From: a virus
IMG/VR virus record: IMGVR_UViG_3300045988_174371
Span: 1-64,000 of that record
Reading direction: 5' to 3' (one strand)
Length of the DNA stretch: 64,000 nucleotides
A program made the translations under genes and the position numbers. Below, piece after piece: positions 54,459 to 63,399 of this stretch (positions within the stretch are counted from its first letter, which is position 1; every line of letters starts with the position of its first letter). The notes below the pieces were generated by a model. The model ran no database searches. It was given only the letters and a program-made list of their open reading frames with translations, and was not told where the DNA came from.

Positions 54459-54722
54459 CTAAGCGTCGTCCGATTGCGACTTCTCGCCCGTCTTCGAAAC
54501 AGCCTGCATGAAAGATTTACGAACCTCACTAGAGATGTAATCTCCAGGCATTAGCTTCCGCTCCGTCACCTCTGCGGCAGGTGTTACTGCATCACTGCCT
54601 GTTGCTTCCGCGAAGGGGTCGCCTGGCGCTGGGGCGCAGAACAAAGGCAGGTCGTATTCCTTGCCATTAAGGTATGCCTTACCTTCGCCAAGTACAGTGG
54701 GAATAGGGTCACAGTTGGGCAT
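54459..54722 (-). CDS. hypothetical protein
   Basis: Start at the ATG at 54722 (MPNCDPI) after SD AAAGGAG. Confidence 0.65.
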   Translation of the reverse strand: MPNCDPIPTVLGEGKAYLNGKEYDLPLFCAPAPGDPFAEATGSDAVTPAAEVTERKLMPGDYISSEVRKSFMQAVSKTGEKSQSDDA

Positions 54723-54759
54723 AGTGGGTGTACTCCTTTTCAAACGATGGGCTACCCCT

Positions 54760-54768
54760 AGTATAACA
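54760..54768 (-). promoter_or_regulatory. extended -10 promoter (TGTTATACT)
   Basis: rc reads TGTTATACT. Confidence 0.5.
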
Positions 54769-54878
54769 GTACACATGCGCTCATTACTAGGAGTATTTTC
54801 TTAGCGATAAGGAATGGCGTGAGCGCCCTCACAGGAAAATGTTGCGGTAGCGCTTGCATCCTGCTTGGGAGGCTGTTA

Positions 54879-54887
54879 TGCTAGTAT
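54879..54887 (+). promoter_or_regulatory. extended -10 promoter (TGCTAGTAT) of the tRNA-Leu(TAG) unit
   Basis: About 128 nt upstream of the tRNA 5' end. Confidence 0.55.
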
Positions 54888-55014
54888 TATCCATAAGGGA
54901 AATGAGGCTAACTCCCTTCGTTCCCGCCTTTACAGTAAAATGCTGTCAAAGGTTCCATCTTGGATGACTCTGTGTTCAGAGGGGGACTTTGGAAGTCTCT
55001 AAAGTCCCCCGTTA

Positions 55015-55097
55015 GCGCCCGTGGTGAAATTGGTAGACACGCAGGATTTAGGTTCCTGTGCCTTTACGGTGTGTGGGTTCGAGTCCCACCGGGCGTA
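55015..55097 (+). tRNA. tRNA-Leu (anticodon TAG), long variable arm, no encoded CCA
   Basis: Hand fold: anticodon stem CAGGA/TCCTG, loop TTTAGGT, T arm GTGGG-TTCGAGT-CCCAC. Acceptor GCGCCCG/CGGGCGT has a G1.U72 pair. Confidence 0.85.
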
Positions 55098-55137
55098 CTT
55101 GCTTTTCGAAGAAGTGATGCTAGATATTGGTCTAGAT

Positions 55138-55197
55138 AAAGGGCTGTCCCCCGTTCATATCCCCTGTATAGGGAATGTGGGCGGGGGACAGTCCTTT
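55138..55197. terminator. hairpin terminator after the tRNA
   Basis: 16-bp arms with one G.U pair valid on the plus strand. Confidence 0.55.
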
Positions 55198-55206
55198 ATG
55201 GCGCTA

Positions 55207-55413
55207 CTATTGTTCGCGCATCATATCCCGTCTTGCGACTTCCAGAGACCCCGCAGGCACACGCTTCATGAAGTCCTTATTGCGGGGCTCTCCAACCGAG
55301 TAATAAAGCGGCTCTACTGAGGTGGTGTTTTCGTTGGGTGGCAAACACGGCTCAGTGTGTGACTCCTTGTTGCTGACGCGCGGTTCGCTTCCCTCGCTCC
55401 TTGAGGTGGTCAT
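55207..55413 (-). CDS. hypothetical small protein
   Basis: 68 aa; SD AAAGGAG 8 nt before the ATG. Confidence 0.55.
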   Translation of the reverse strand: MTTSRSEGSEPRVSNKESHTEPCLPPNENTTSVEPLYYSVGEPRNKDFMKRVPAGSLEVARRDMMREQ

Positions 55414-55549
55414 ATGTTTAGCTCCTTTTCAATACGGTAGTGGGACTTACTATTGTATATCCGTGATGATGGCTATAGCAACGAGAAGGCATCATTCTTA
55501 TGGCATGTGACTCGGCTCATGCAAAACGAGTTGCACAACCTCCGAAATA

Positions 55550-55560
55550 TGTGTTAGACT
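55550..55560 (+). promoter_or_regulatory. extended -10 promoter
   Basis: TGTGTTAGACT. Confidence 0.6.
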
Positions 55561-55626
55561 ATAGATGTAGCGAGGGAAACCTAGTGAGCTACAGTAAATC
55601 ATCCATCCACCGAAAGGTTAGCAATC

Positions 55627-56007
55627 ATGCAGGCAGTCCCGTTCATTAACTTCATGGAGAACTTCACCTTCCACGCTGAGGCTATCAGCTCCGGCATCTT
55701 CACCGCCGAGCAGGTTGCCCAGGAAATTAAGGCGAAGGCAACCTACCTGAGCACCGCCGTCACTGACGAAGGCGTTAAGACTTTCTACTTCACCGAGCGC
55801 AACGGCACCCCGGTAATGCTGGAAGAAGGTCTTGAGCTTCGCGAGGCTGTGGCAAACTTCTTCCGTGACGATGACCGCAAGGAAAACGCCTTCAACTTCA
55901 TGGAAAGTGAGGACTTGGTAGGTCGCATTGAGTCGATTGAAATTCACGGTGGCAACAACCTCCGCATCAACATTCAGCACTGCTTCCTGAACGACGGTTC
56001 CCTCTAA
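55627..56007 (+). CDS. hypothetical protein
   Basis: 126 aa; SD GAAAGG. Confidence 0.75.
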   Translation: MQAVPFINFMENFTFHAEAISSGIFTAEQVAQEIKAKATYLSTAVTDEGVKTFYFTERNGTPVMLEEGLELREAVANFFRDDDRKENAFNFMESEDLVGRIESIEIHGGNNLRINIQHCFLNDGSL

Positions 56008-56015
56008 ACCGTGCA

Positions 56016-56055
56016 AGAGCCCCTAGCCAGACAAACGGCTAGGGGCTCTTTGGTT
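56016..56055 (+). terminator. rho-independent terminator
   Basis: 13-bp arms agagcccctagcc / ggctaggggctct followed by TTTGGTT. Confidence 0.65.
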
Positions 56056-56263
56056 GCCCCATAGAATGCAAGACAGCCCTTCCCACGCCATTCCTAAATA
56101 AACCCCCTCAAGATGCCCGCATGGAGCTTCTGAGGGGGTTTGCCCCATCGCTCTCACCCAAAAGGCGCATACGTGAAGACCATGCAGGCGTTAGGGGTAG
56201 TACCCAATGAGGAAACCTTGCCGCCTACCTTCCGGTGAACAGCAACACCCTATTCACTATTTG

Positions 56264-57115
56264 CTATCGCCTAAAGGTTACCATCGCTGGTTCCCATTCG
56301 CCGCCTGGCTTCACTGACTCGATAATGTAGCTGTACCCGGTGAGGTCTTGACTCATCGGTTTAGCCGCGCTTAGGACAATGAACGGGGCGGGCACCCTGC
56401 GGTTGATGCCGGTGACGCTGGTTACGACGGCAACATCCTTTGCAATGAAAGTTACCTGAGCCCTCCCCCTCCCAGACAAGTATTCTGCTGGGTTTCTATC
56501 CCTCAGATGATAGTATTGCGATTCGCGGTAAAGGAACGAATCGAATGCCCAACCGTCGCCCTTGCTGAAGTCTACATACATGGGGATGGTGGACTCGTTG
56601 AGGGTGGGTGCATTAGTGTTGTCGAGGGAATTGACATGCCATGTTAGGGCGTGTGACATTTCCTCAATGTCCCCATCAGACCCATCTGGGTTGTGGGGGC
56701 GGTTTGAGCCAGAAAATGATGCGGTTTTAAAACCTGACTTACCGAGAATGGTGCTGTGGTCCCACCAGCGAACAAGTTTTCCACCCCATTCCGCTACGTC
56801 GTATTTGGTGTTTAGTAGAATAGTGAGGGAGTTCGCCCCGAAGGTTTCAGGGAACACTACACCGCGAGGGTCGTGAACATAGATGCACCTGTCCCTATCA
56901 TAAAACTCTCTGGGGGTGTCGCCACCGAAATACTTCGCGGCATCTCGGTCGGTCGCATATCGCGCCTTACCCGTGTCGATGATGGACTGAATCTGGTGCT
57001 TCCTGTATCCGCGTTTAATCTCGTAGAAACCGTCACGGGCGGCACTTGCGCGTAACTGCTGATTCTCTTCACCCACACCTACAAGGGATAGGGCGGCGCA
57101 CCTCCTCTTGAACAC
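56264..57115 (-). CDS. hypothetical protein, degenerate SHNxLYGW family member
   Basis: 283 aa; GTG start that overlaps the upstream gene by 47 nt; IYVHDPRGVVFPE...WWDHSTILG. Confidence 0.65.
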   Translation of the reverse strand: MFKRRCAALSLVGVGEENQQLRASAARDGFYEIKRGYRKHQIQSIIDTGKARYATDRDAAKYFGGDTPREFYDRDRCIYVHDPRGVVFPETFGANSLTILLNTKYDVAEWGGKLVRWWDHSTILGKSGFKTASFSGSNRPHNPDGSDGDIEEMSHALTWHVNSLDNTNAPTLNESTIPMYVDFSKGDGWAFDSFLYRESQYYHLRDRNPAEYLSGRGRAQVTFIAKDVAVVTSVTGINRRVPAPFIVLSAAKPMSQDLTGYSYIIESVKPGGEWEPAMVTFRR

Positions 57116-57752
57116 TCTTATCCACCATTATGTCCTTGTCAATGGTGTTTGCGTAAGCTGGAACCCACCCACCGTATGCTACAGCTTTCTCGCCACCATT
57201 CGTCCAGCCGAACATATTGTTGTGGGAGCTTCTGCTAACGAACTTGTGGGAGTGCTCCTTCGCGTCAATCTTTGGCGACAGAATGTATTCACGCGACTTA
57301 GCGCCACACATATCGCTCAAGCTCCCCTTCGGGCGCTGTTTATGCGGGTCTGAAACCACCGCAAAATGCGGGTAGTCGTAATCATAGAAGTGTGTGATGT
57401 GATTGCCTTGCAGTAGATAATCCTTGAGCCACAGGTTGTATGCGGCAAGGTCATCCATCTTGTCCCAGTCACGCTTCTTAGGGTTCCGGCGCATACGCTC
57501 CATCTGCTTCTCGCTGAGAGGGTTGATACGCTGAGATTCAATCAGATGCTCAGTAATGAATCTGCTAGTAGTGACGTTAGCTTCCTTGCGGCGCACTTCC
57601 TTCTTCATGTCAGACGCATGGGCAACAGAGCTATCATCCAGGGCGACGTTTCCACAGAAGCTAGTGGACGCTTGGCGTGCTTCGGCTTCTACAGCAAGAG
57701 TCTCGCCAAAACTGAAGTTCCGCCACGCGGATTTGAAAGCATATCGCGGCAC
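57069..57752 (-). CDS. hypothetical protein carrying both the AYNLWL and SHNxLYGW modules
   Basis: 227 aa; GTG start after SD AAAGGAGAA; motifs FKSAWRN, AYNLWLKDYLLQG, SHNNMFGWTNGGEKAV and VPAYANTIDK. Confidence 0.7.
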   Translation of the reverse strand: MPRYAFKSAWRNFSFGETLAVEAEARQASTSFCGNVALDDSSVAHASDMKKEVRRKEANVTTSRFITEHLIESQRINPLSEKQMERMRRNPKKRDWDKMDDLAAYNLWLKDYLLQGNHITHFYDYDYPHFAVVSDPHKQRPKGSLSDMCGAKSREYILSPKIDAKEHSHKFVSRSSHNNMFGWTNGGEKAVAYGGWVPAYANTIDKDIMVDKSVQEEVRRPIPCRCG

Positions 57753-57792
57753 GTTAATTCTCCTTTATAGTCAATAAGTGATGGGCTTTGCA

Positions 57793-57829
57793 CAGGTTAG
57801 GCGATAGTCGCCTACTACCACCTAACCTG
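57793..57829 (-). terminator. hairpin terminator
   Basis: 9-bp arms caggttagg / cctaacctg with an inner 5-bp hairpin. Confidence 0.5.
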
Positions 57830-57847
57830 ATGTCTAGCGTCAGCGTG

Positions 57848-58321
57848 CTACCATTGCTCTACTTGGCGCGCCAACAAAACCCTCAGTCTGTTACTGACAC
57901 CCCAAGGGATGTTATGGTCAGTCAGCATGTCTTTATCGGCGGTATTCGTGTATACACATACGCCGTCAGGACTATGGTGAACTGGTTTCTGCCCGTTATG
58001 AGTCCACCCGTAGAGGGAGGCGTGAGAATAGCGCGACACAAACCTATGGTCGTAGCCATTAACGTCAAATTCGGGGCTAAGGATGTAGATGGGAGCGTTG
58101 CCACCCCATAGACTGTCAGGGTCACTGGGTGCCTGTGTGTCAGGGTTATCTACAGGGATGACTTTGCTGGCAGGGAGGTTAGTGTCGTAGTACTGGTGAA
58201 TTTCTCCGCCTTTGAGCAGGTAATCTTTAAGCCAGATGTTGTAGGCGGTGAGTCCATCCAGTTTTCCCCATTCACCCCATAGGTAGCTATTCGAAGCTGT
58301 GGTGAGCTCTTGCTTGGTCAA
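57848..58321 (-). CDS. hypothetical protein carrying both the AYNLWL and SHNxLYGW modules
   Basis: 157 aa; TTG start after SD AAGGAGGAG; AYNIWLKDYLLKGG and SHASLYGWTHNGQKPV. Confidence 0.7.
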   Translation of the reverse strand: MTKQELTTASNSYLWGEWGKLDGLTAYNIWLKDYLLKGGEIHQYYDTNLPASKVIPVDNPDTQAPSDPDSLWGGNAPIYILSPEFDVNGYDHRFVSRYSHASLYGWTHNGQKPVHHSPDGVCVYTNTADKDMLTDHNIPWGVSNRLRVLLARQVEQW

Positions 58322-58344
58322 TGTTCACTCCTCCTTTTGGGGAT

Positions 58345-59295
58345 TTATGCCTGGAAGGTGAAGGTCGCGGGCTTGCCGCTACCGGCTTCTTCGGCATGTG
58401 CAATGGTGAAGGTCTTGCCTGCCATAGTGAATGCGGGCGGGTTTGCGAGGGTGAGGCAGGTAAGCGGAACCTTCGGGGTTTTGCCTGCGATGGTGGTTAC
58501 TACGGCGAAGGTGTCGCTAATGAAGGTTGCTTTAACCTTCTGGTACTTTGAGCCCTGAGCCTGTTTCACTGCATTTGAAAGGTAATGCGTCGGGTTCTTC
58601 TGGTGCTCTTCAATGATGCGGGCTGATACCGGGTCGAGTTCCTTAGTGAAGGTGCTGATGGTGTAAATGTCGCCAAGGCTGAAATCCACGAACGCCTGGA
58701 TGGTGAATGGTTCTGCGTTAGGGGTGGTCTTTCCAGCGTTGGTGTGCGCATACCAGCGGCAGGCAGTCATGTATTCCTCGGATTTATGCTGGTCGCTGGA
58801 GTGAGGGCGGTCGGAACCATCAATCACAACAGGTGAGCCGTTATTCCAGCCATAGAGTGTATTGTGGCTCCAGTAGCGCAGAACTTCGCCGTAGTGTTCC
58901 TCGGTGTCATACTCGGGGTCGAGGATGATGTTGATGGAGTGTGCGCCGTACAGTTCAGGGATGCGAATATCTGCGGGGTTATCAACGTAGATTACTCGGT
59001 CGTAGCTGGAGCGTCGCTTATCCTTATAGAGAGGGTGAGTATGCTCTGCTTCATCGTTGGAGATGAAACGTACCTTGTCGGTGTTCATCGCAATGTTAAG
59101 AAGGTTCTTTCGGTAGTCAGAAAGGATTTCTCCCAGTAGGCGACCAATCTCGCGGATGCGGTCTTCCTCGGTGGAGCCCTGTAGCTCCTGATATGCCTCA
59201 CGGATGATGGAAGCTACAGTGTAGGGGTCTTTGCAGGACTCAAGGGCGCGTTCAAGGTGGTAGATATCCAAGGTATTAGCCTTTCTATTGCTCAT
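58345..59295 (-). CDS. hypothetical protein, SHNxLYGW family
   Basis: Start moved to the ATG at 59295 because the -10 at 59344-59354 lies upstream of the longer ORF start; SHNTLYGWNNGSPVV. Confidence 0.65.
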   Translation of the reverse strand: MSNRKANTLDIYHLERALESCKDPYTVASIIREAYQELQGSTEEDRIREIGRLLGEILSDYRKNLLNIAMNTDKVRFISNDEAEHTHPLYKDKRRSSYDRVIYVDNPADIRIPELYGAHSINIILDPEYDTEEHYGEVLRYWSHNTLYGWNNGSPVVIDGSDRPHSSDQHKSEEYMTACRWYAHTNAGKTTPNAEPFTIQAFVDFSLGDIYTISTFTKELDPVSARIIEEHQKNPTHYLSNAVKQAQGSKYQKVKATFISDTFAVVTTIAGKTPKVPLTCLTLANPPAFTMAGKTFTIAHAEEAGSGKPATFTFQA

Positions 59296-59343
59296 TGCTA
59301 GTGGTTGCGGGGCGTTTATACCCCTTTTTTCGCTTATATGCAT

Positions 59344-59354
59344 AGTTTACCACA
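59344..59354 (-). promoter_or_regulatory. extended -10 promoter
   Basis: rc reads TGTGGTAAACT. Confidence 0.6.
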
Positions 59355-59567
59355 GATTTTAGAATATGTGCAGTTGCGTGTTGCGGCTTAGGAACATGCC
59401 CTGTTACAAAATAAGGTTATCACTAAGCGCCCAGCCACCCTTTTGTTTTCAAAGAAGAAGACCTCACCAAGCTTCCCAAGGGCTTAGTAAGGTCTTCTAG
59501 GTCTTGCTAGTTAGTCGCTCCTCCTGCGTTGCGGGCAAAGCGGGGTTTCAGGAGCACTCCTGAAACC

Positions 59568-60432
59568 CTATTCTGTCACCACCGGAACCGCCTTCTCTGC
59601 GCTACCTACGGGTACATGGATAATCGTTTCCGCCTTCACAAACTTCACGGTAACGTTCCTGGTACAAGAGCCATACAGGGTAACATCTGCTTTTTCGTAC
59701 CTTAGTGGGTCGATGCATTCTTTGTGTCCGGCAGCGATTTCCTCAGGATTGAGCGCGTACTCGTACTTACGTTCGACGCGAGCCTCCGTATCAGTAGCGG
59801 GCAAGTCGTCCTTCACAACCACTTCCATTGGCGCATCTAGCGACCCTTTATACACCTTTCGAGCGGCAAGAGTGCCATCAGAGCGCTTCTCAACCCACCT
59901 ATAAGTGGTGCCTTCAGGATTGACTCTCAGATTTGAGATGGGGTAGGTGTGTTTCGCCTTCCATTTTACGGTTGTCGGCATCAACGTAGTGCGTCACAGG
60001 CTGAGTGAACTTCGCATCCTCAGCCTTTGCGCCATTGACCATTGAGGTAGCCATCCCTACAAGAAGTAGGGAGAGTAGGTAGATAAGCCCGGTCAGGTAC
60101 ACATCTTCAGCCTTTATACCCTCCTTGTACTCTTCCACTGCTCCCCCTTGGTTGAAGGAGCTGATGGCGGCGACAAGGGTTATGATAGCCGCAATGATGA
60201 CGTGAGCTATAAGCCAGCGTGCGTCAAAGAATAAGACGAGCACACATGACACTGCTACGTGGGCGGCAACGAATAGGCGCGCCCACCGCCGCATAAACGA
60301 GTTCACGGCATAAGTTGTCCTGCTTACCTGCCGGTCTTTAGTGATGATGGCAGTGACCACTATAAGCGGGATGAGGATATAGGCGGCAATGCTCACAACG
60401 GTGGCTATAAGCCATGCTGTATTGGTGTCCAT
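59568..60432 (-). pseudogene. frameshifted paralogue of membrane protein 62028-62903
   Basis: ORFs 59914-60453 and 59568-59984 together align with the single 291-aa ORF. Relative to 62028-62903 there is a 2-nt deficit at gtgtgt (59947-59952). Confidence 0.6.
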
Positions 60433-60480
60433 AAAGGGTTGTTGTCCTCTCATGTATAGTCAGGTGGGTCAAGGTTTAGC

Positions 60481-60575
60481 TCCTGGCGATAGTCCTCCAG
60501 GTAACTAACGCCAGCCTTCTCGGTCTTGACACCGCCGCCACCCCATAGAGCTTTGGCAGTGCCCCCTCGCTGGCG
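60481..60575 (-). ncRNA. structured RNA element, partial copy D
   Basis: Retains the core (rc) GGTGGCGGCGGTGTCAAGACCGAGAAGGCTGGC and the GGGCACTGCCAAAGC segment. Lacks the P1 hairpin and a promoter; intergenic within an operon. Confidence 0.4.
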
Positions 60576-60576
60576 G

Positions 60577-61341
60577 TTAGCGATTGAGCTTGTTGTCTAT
60601 TTCAGTGGCAATTACGTCCCTGATGATTTCGTCTATAGTGTGTCGCTCCTGGTGGTCTGCCCAGGTGGTTGCCTCAATGGTGGCGTGGGTGGGGAGTCTG
60701 TCGATGAGGTGCGCGAGCTTCGCTGAGGTTTCCTTAATCTCGTTGTAGAGTTCTTCGAGTGCTTCGCCGGTCAGCCATTCCTTTTGGGTTACAGGCGGCG
60801 TAGCGCTAGTGGGCGGGGTAGTGAGAAGGTTTAACACTTCTCGTACTGCTTCCACTGCGGGCTCGGTGGTTGCCAGGGCGTTCTCCAGGTGTGAGGTGAA
60901 GGTGCGGAGGTTGATGTTTGCCACTGCTTCACGGTAGGACTCATGCTTGTACTGCTCGGCTTCGGCGTATTCCATAATTGGCGCAATGTAGGGGCTGTTT
61001 CGCAAGGTAGCCGGAAGGCTGTGGCGACTGTAGCTTGTGTCATGGTCGTGCAGTAGCGTGTAGTATGCCAGGGCATGTAGCTTCTGGGTAAGTACAGTGT
61101 CTTGAGTGGGGATGTTCGTTTCGGGCATGAACGTGTAACCTGCGTGTTCGTAGCCGCCTACGTAGTCGTCGCTCCTATGCCAACCGGCAAGGTTTTCGGT
61201 GGGTACGTAGTATCCGTGCCCGTTGCGGTCAAGGTGTAGGGTGGCACCTAGCACGTTGAACCAGGTTGCGCCGGTTTCCTTGTCGTGGTGTTGGGCTACG
61301 AGGGTGTTTACGTATTCTTCTAGGGTGATTTCTGTGGACAT
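60577..61341 (-). CDS. hypothetical protein
   Basis: Start at the ATG at 61341 (MSTEITLEEY) after SD GAGGAAA; the longer ORF would start inside the terminator loop. Confidence 0.7.
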   Translation of the reverse strand: MSTEITLEEYVNTLVAQHHDKETGATWFNVLGATLHLDRNGHGYYVPTENLAGWHRSDDYVGGYEHAGYTFMPETNIPTQDTVLTQKLHALAYYTLLHDHDTSYSRHSLPATLRNSPYIAPIMEYAEAEQYKHESYREAVANINLRTFTSHLENALATTEPAVEAVREVLNLLTTPPTSATPPVTQKEWLTGEALEELYNEIKETSAKLAHLIDRLPTHATIEATTWADHQERHTIDEIIRDVIATEIDNKLNR

Positions 61342-61370
61342 TATTTCCTCTAGTTCTTTCGTTGGCTTGT

Positions 61371-61412
61371 GATACCCCTGCATAATCATGGTTCGGTTAA
61401 TGCAGGGGTATC
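61371..61412 (-). terminator. hairpin terminator
   Basis: 13-bp perfect arms gatacccctgcat / atgcaggggtatc. Confidence 0.6.
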
Positions 61413-61444
61413 CAGTGTGGCACTGCTGGAGTGCCTTGTGATGG

Positions 61445-61867
61445 CTATGCGGGGTGGGTGAGGGGTACGTAGAAGGTAATATCCTCCTTGGTTAGCCTAT
61501 ACCGCCCCAGTAGCTTATTTTCCATCTCTACTGCTTCGCGTTCGTACAGGTGGCGAGAGTTGGGTGTCCATGAGCGTTCGGTGTCCTTGATGTAGATGTC
61601 TCCGCCGAAAGACATGTCTAGCTTCACTACGTCGCTTTCTGGGTGTAGAGGGGTGTCTGCGATGCCTAGCGAAAGTTCGTAACCTTCACTGGGGAGTAGC
61701 GCTGACATGTTGCAACGTGTGCGCCAACCCAGGAAGAGTTTGCCTCCGGCGGCGTGGTATTCCTGTACTGCTTCGTAGATGTTGTCTGCCTTGGTTCCAG
61801 CCCACCAGAGCTTTGTAGATTCTTCGGCGGTTAGGGTGTAGGTGTAATCTTGAGTGTTGGTCGTCAT
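61445..61867 (-). CDS. hypothetical protein (paralogue of 42629-43051)
   Basis: 140 aa; SD GAAAGG. Confidence 0.75.
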   Translation of the reverse strand: MTTNTQDYTYTLTAEESTKLWWAGTKADNIYEAVQEYHAAGGKLFLGWRTRCNMSALLPSEGYELSLGIADTPLHPESDVVKLDMSFGGDIYIKDTERSWTPNSRHLYEREAVEMENKLLGRYRLTKEDITFYVPLTHPA

Positions 61868-61935
61868 TTGTAGGGGAACCTTTCAGTAGGTAGCGTTGTT
61901 GATGGTGGGCGGGTAGCCCGTTCAGTAATACCCAT

Positions 61936-61946
61936 AGTGTATCACA
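61936..61946 (-). promoter_or_regulatory. extended -10 promoter
   Basis: rc reads TGTGATACACT. Confidence 0.65.
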
Positions 61947-61964
61947 TAATTTAGCTTGGGTACA

Positions 61965-62016
61965 GCAACAAGCACGCTGGGGTAGAGAAGTTCCCCTCCC
62001 CCAGCGTGCTTGTTGC
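61965..62016 (-). terminator. hairpin terminator
   Basis: 18-bp perfect arms gcaacaagcacgctgggg / ccccagcgtgcttgttgc. Confidence 0.65.
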
Positions 62017-62027
62017 ATACTTGATAA

Positions 62028-62903
62028 CTAATCCACTACGGACAGCATCCTACCGGCGCTACCCTGCGGAATATGAATAACCGCCTCAGCTTTCACGAAC
62101 TTTACGGTACTCGCGCCATCCTTGCATACGGGGTAGATGCCTGCGTCTTCGTCCACAATGCGCGAGGCAACACACGCCTCCTTACCCTCAGCAATTTCTT
62201 CAGGGATAGGCACATACTCATACCTGCGTTCGACGCGCGCCTCCGTATCAGTAGCGGGCAAGTCGTCCTTCACAACTACCTCCCAGTGCCCATCAGTAAC
62301 GTGCCTGAAAGCTTTGCGGGTAGTTAGCGTACCGTCCTCACGCTTCTCAATCCAGGTGTAAGTGTCGCCCTCATCATTAACTGCAATATTTGAGATGGGG
62401 TAGGTATGCGAATCGCCCTCTAGCTTATGATTGTCAGCGTCCAAGTAGTAGCTGACCGACTGGGTGAATTTCGTATCCCTTGCGGCTTCCTTCGCCTTCT
62501 CCTGACCATACAAGACAGAAGCTTCCGCGAAGAACATTAGCGCTCCGAAGAAGATAAGCCCAACAAACAGAGTATCAAAGAAAGTTCCTGACGTGCCCTC
62601 CGACTCTGTGCGCCTAGCCCAAACGAGAAAAGCGGCAAAGAGTGCAATTAAAGTCGCCCCCAGAACATGCAATCCAAGCCACATAGTGCCAGTCGCGATT
62701 GCTAGAACAAAGAATCCCAACATAGATAGGCAAGGAATTAGCACGCTCCACAGTTCGCGGAATGTAGACATGCGACGATGGGCGCGTTCTGAAATCTTCG
62801 CGCGGAAGACCTTGCCTGCCAAGAATACTGCCAGTAGGGGCAATAGGTATATACCAAGGAAAATGAGTGTAAGAATCGGTTCCCAGGTTTCTCTAATCTG
62901 CAT
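62028..62903 (-). CDS. membrane protein (N-terminal TM region plus soluble C-terminal domain)
   Basis: 291 aa; the intact version of the 59568-60432 locus; ~50 nt nearly identical DNA at 62228-62276 and 59771-59819. Confidence 0.75.
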   Translation of the reverse strand: MQIRETWEPILTLIFLGIYLLPLLAVFLAGKVFRAKISERAHRRMSTFRELWSVLIPCLSMLGFFVLAIATGTMWLGLHVLGATLIALFAAFLVWARRTESEGTSGTFFDTLFVGLIFFGALMFFAEASVLYGQEKAKEAARDTKFTQSVSYYLDADNHKLEGDSHTYPISNIAVNDEGDTYTWIEKREDGTLTTRKAFRHVTDGHWEVVVKDDLPATDTEARVERRYEYVPIPEEIAEGKEACVASRIVDEDAGIYPVCKDGASTVKFVKAEAVIHIPQGSAGRMLSVVD

Positions 62904-62924
62904 GGTGGGTAAACTCCTGAGGGG

Positions 62925-63326
62925 TTAGTTGATGGGGGTGAAGCTGAGCCAAGCGGCATAGAGCGCAAGAAAAGCTAACATGAACATAATTTGATTCAGG
63001 TTGCGCAGAACGGTTTGGTGCGCACCTTGAGCAGTCAGGGAAAGCTCATTCATGCTCGTGGTCGAACCTGAAATTACCATGAGCACAAAGCATGAGCCGC
63101 GAAGGTTGTCGGCGGCAACACCTTCCCACAGTAGAGTACTGAGTAAGAGTATGAACAGGACGAACGCTGTCACTGCCCATTGCAGGTAGAGGTTGCGGGT
63201 AGCTCGCCGGTCAATCTCGCTATCGGTAGCGCTCTTAAGCTCTTTGTTTGCCTTGAGTCGGAAGAAGTACCAGTATGCGAGTGTGTATGCGGCTAGTGAT
63301 GCCGCTGAGAAGAGTTCAGGTTTCAA
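62925..63326 (-). CDS. membrane protein
   Basis: TTG start at 63326, 5 nt after SD GAAAGGGA; this removes the overlap with 63400-63747. Confidence 0.55.
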   Translation of the reverse strand: MKPELFSAASLAAYTLAYWYFFRLKANKELKSATDSEIDRRATRNLYLQWAVTAFVLFILLLSTLLWEGVAADNLRGSCFVLMVISGSTTSMNELSLTAQGAHQTVLRNLNQIMFMLAFLALYAAWLSFTPIN

Positions 63327-63399
63327 GAGTATCCCTTTCGTTGATGTGGGCGCACCCAGCTTACCTTCTTGGGTTTGCTGGGTGCATACTACGGTTGCT

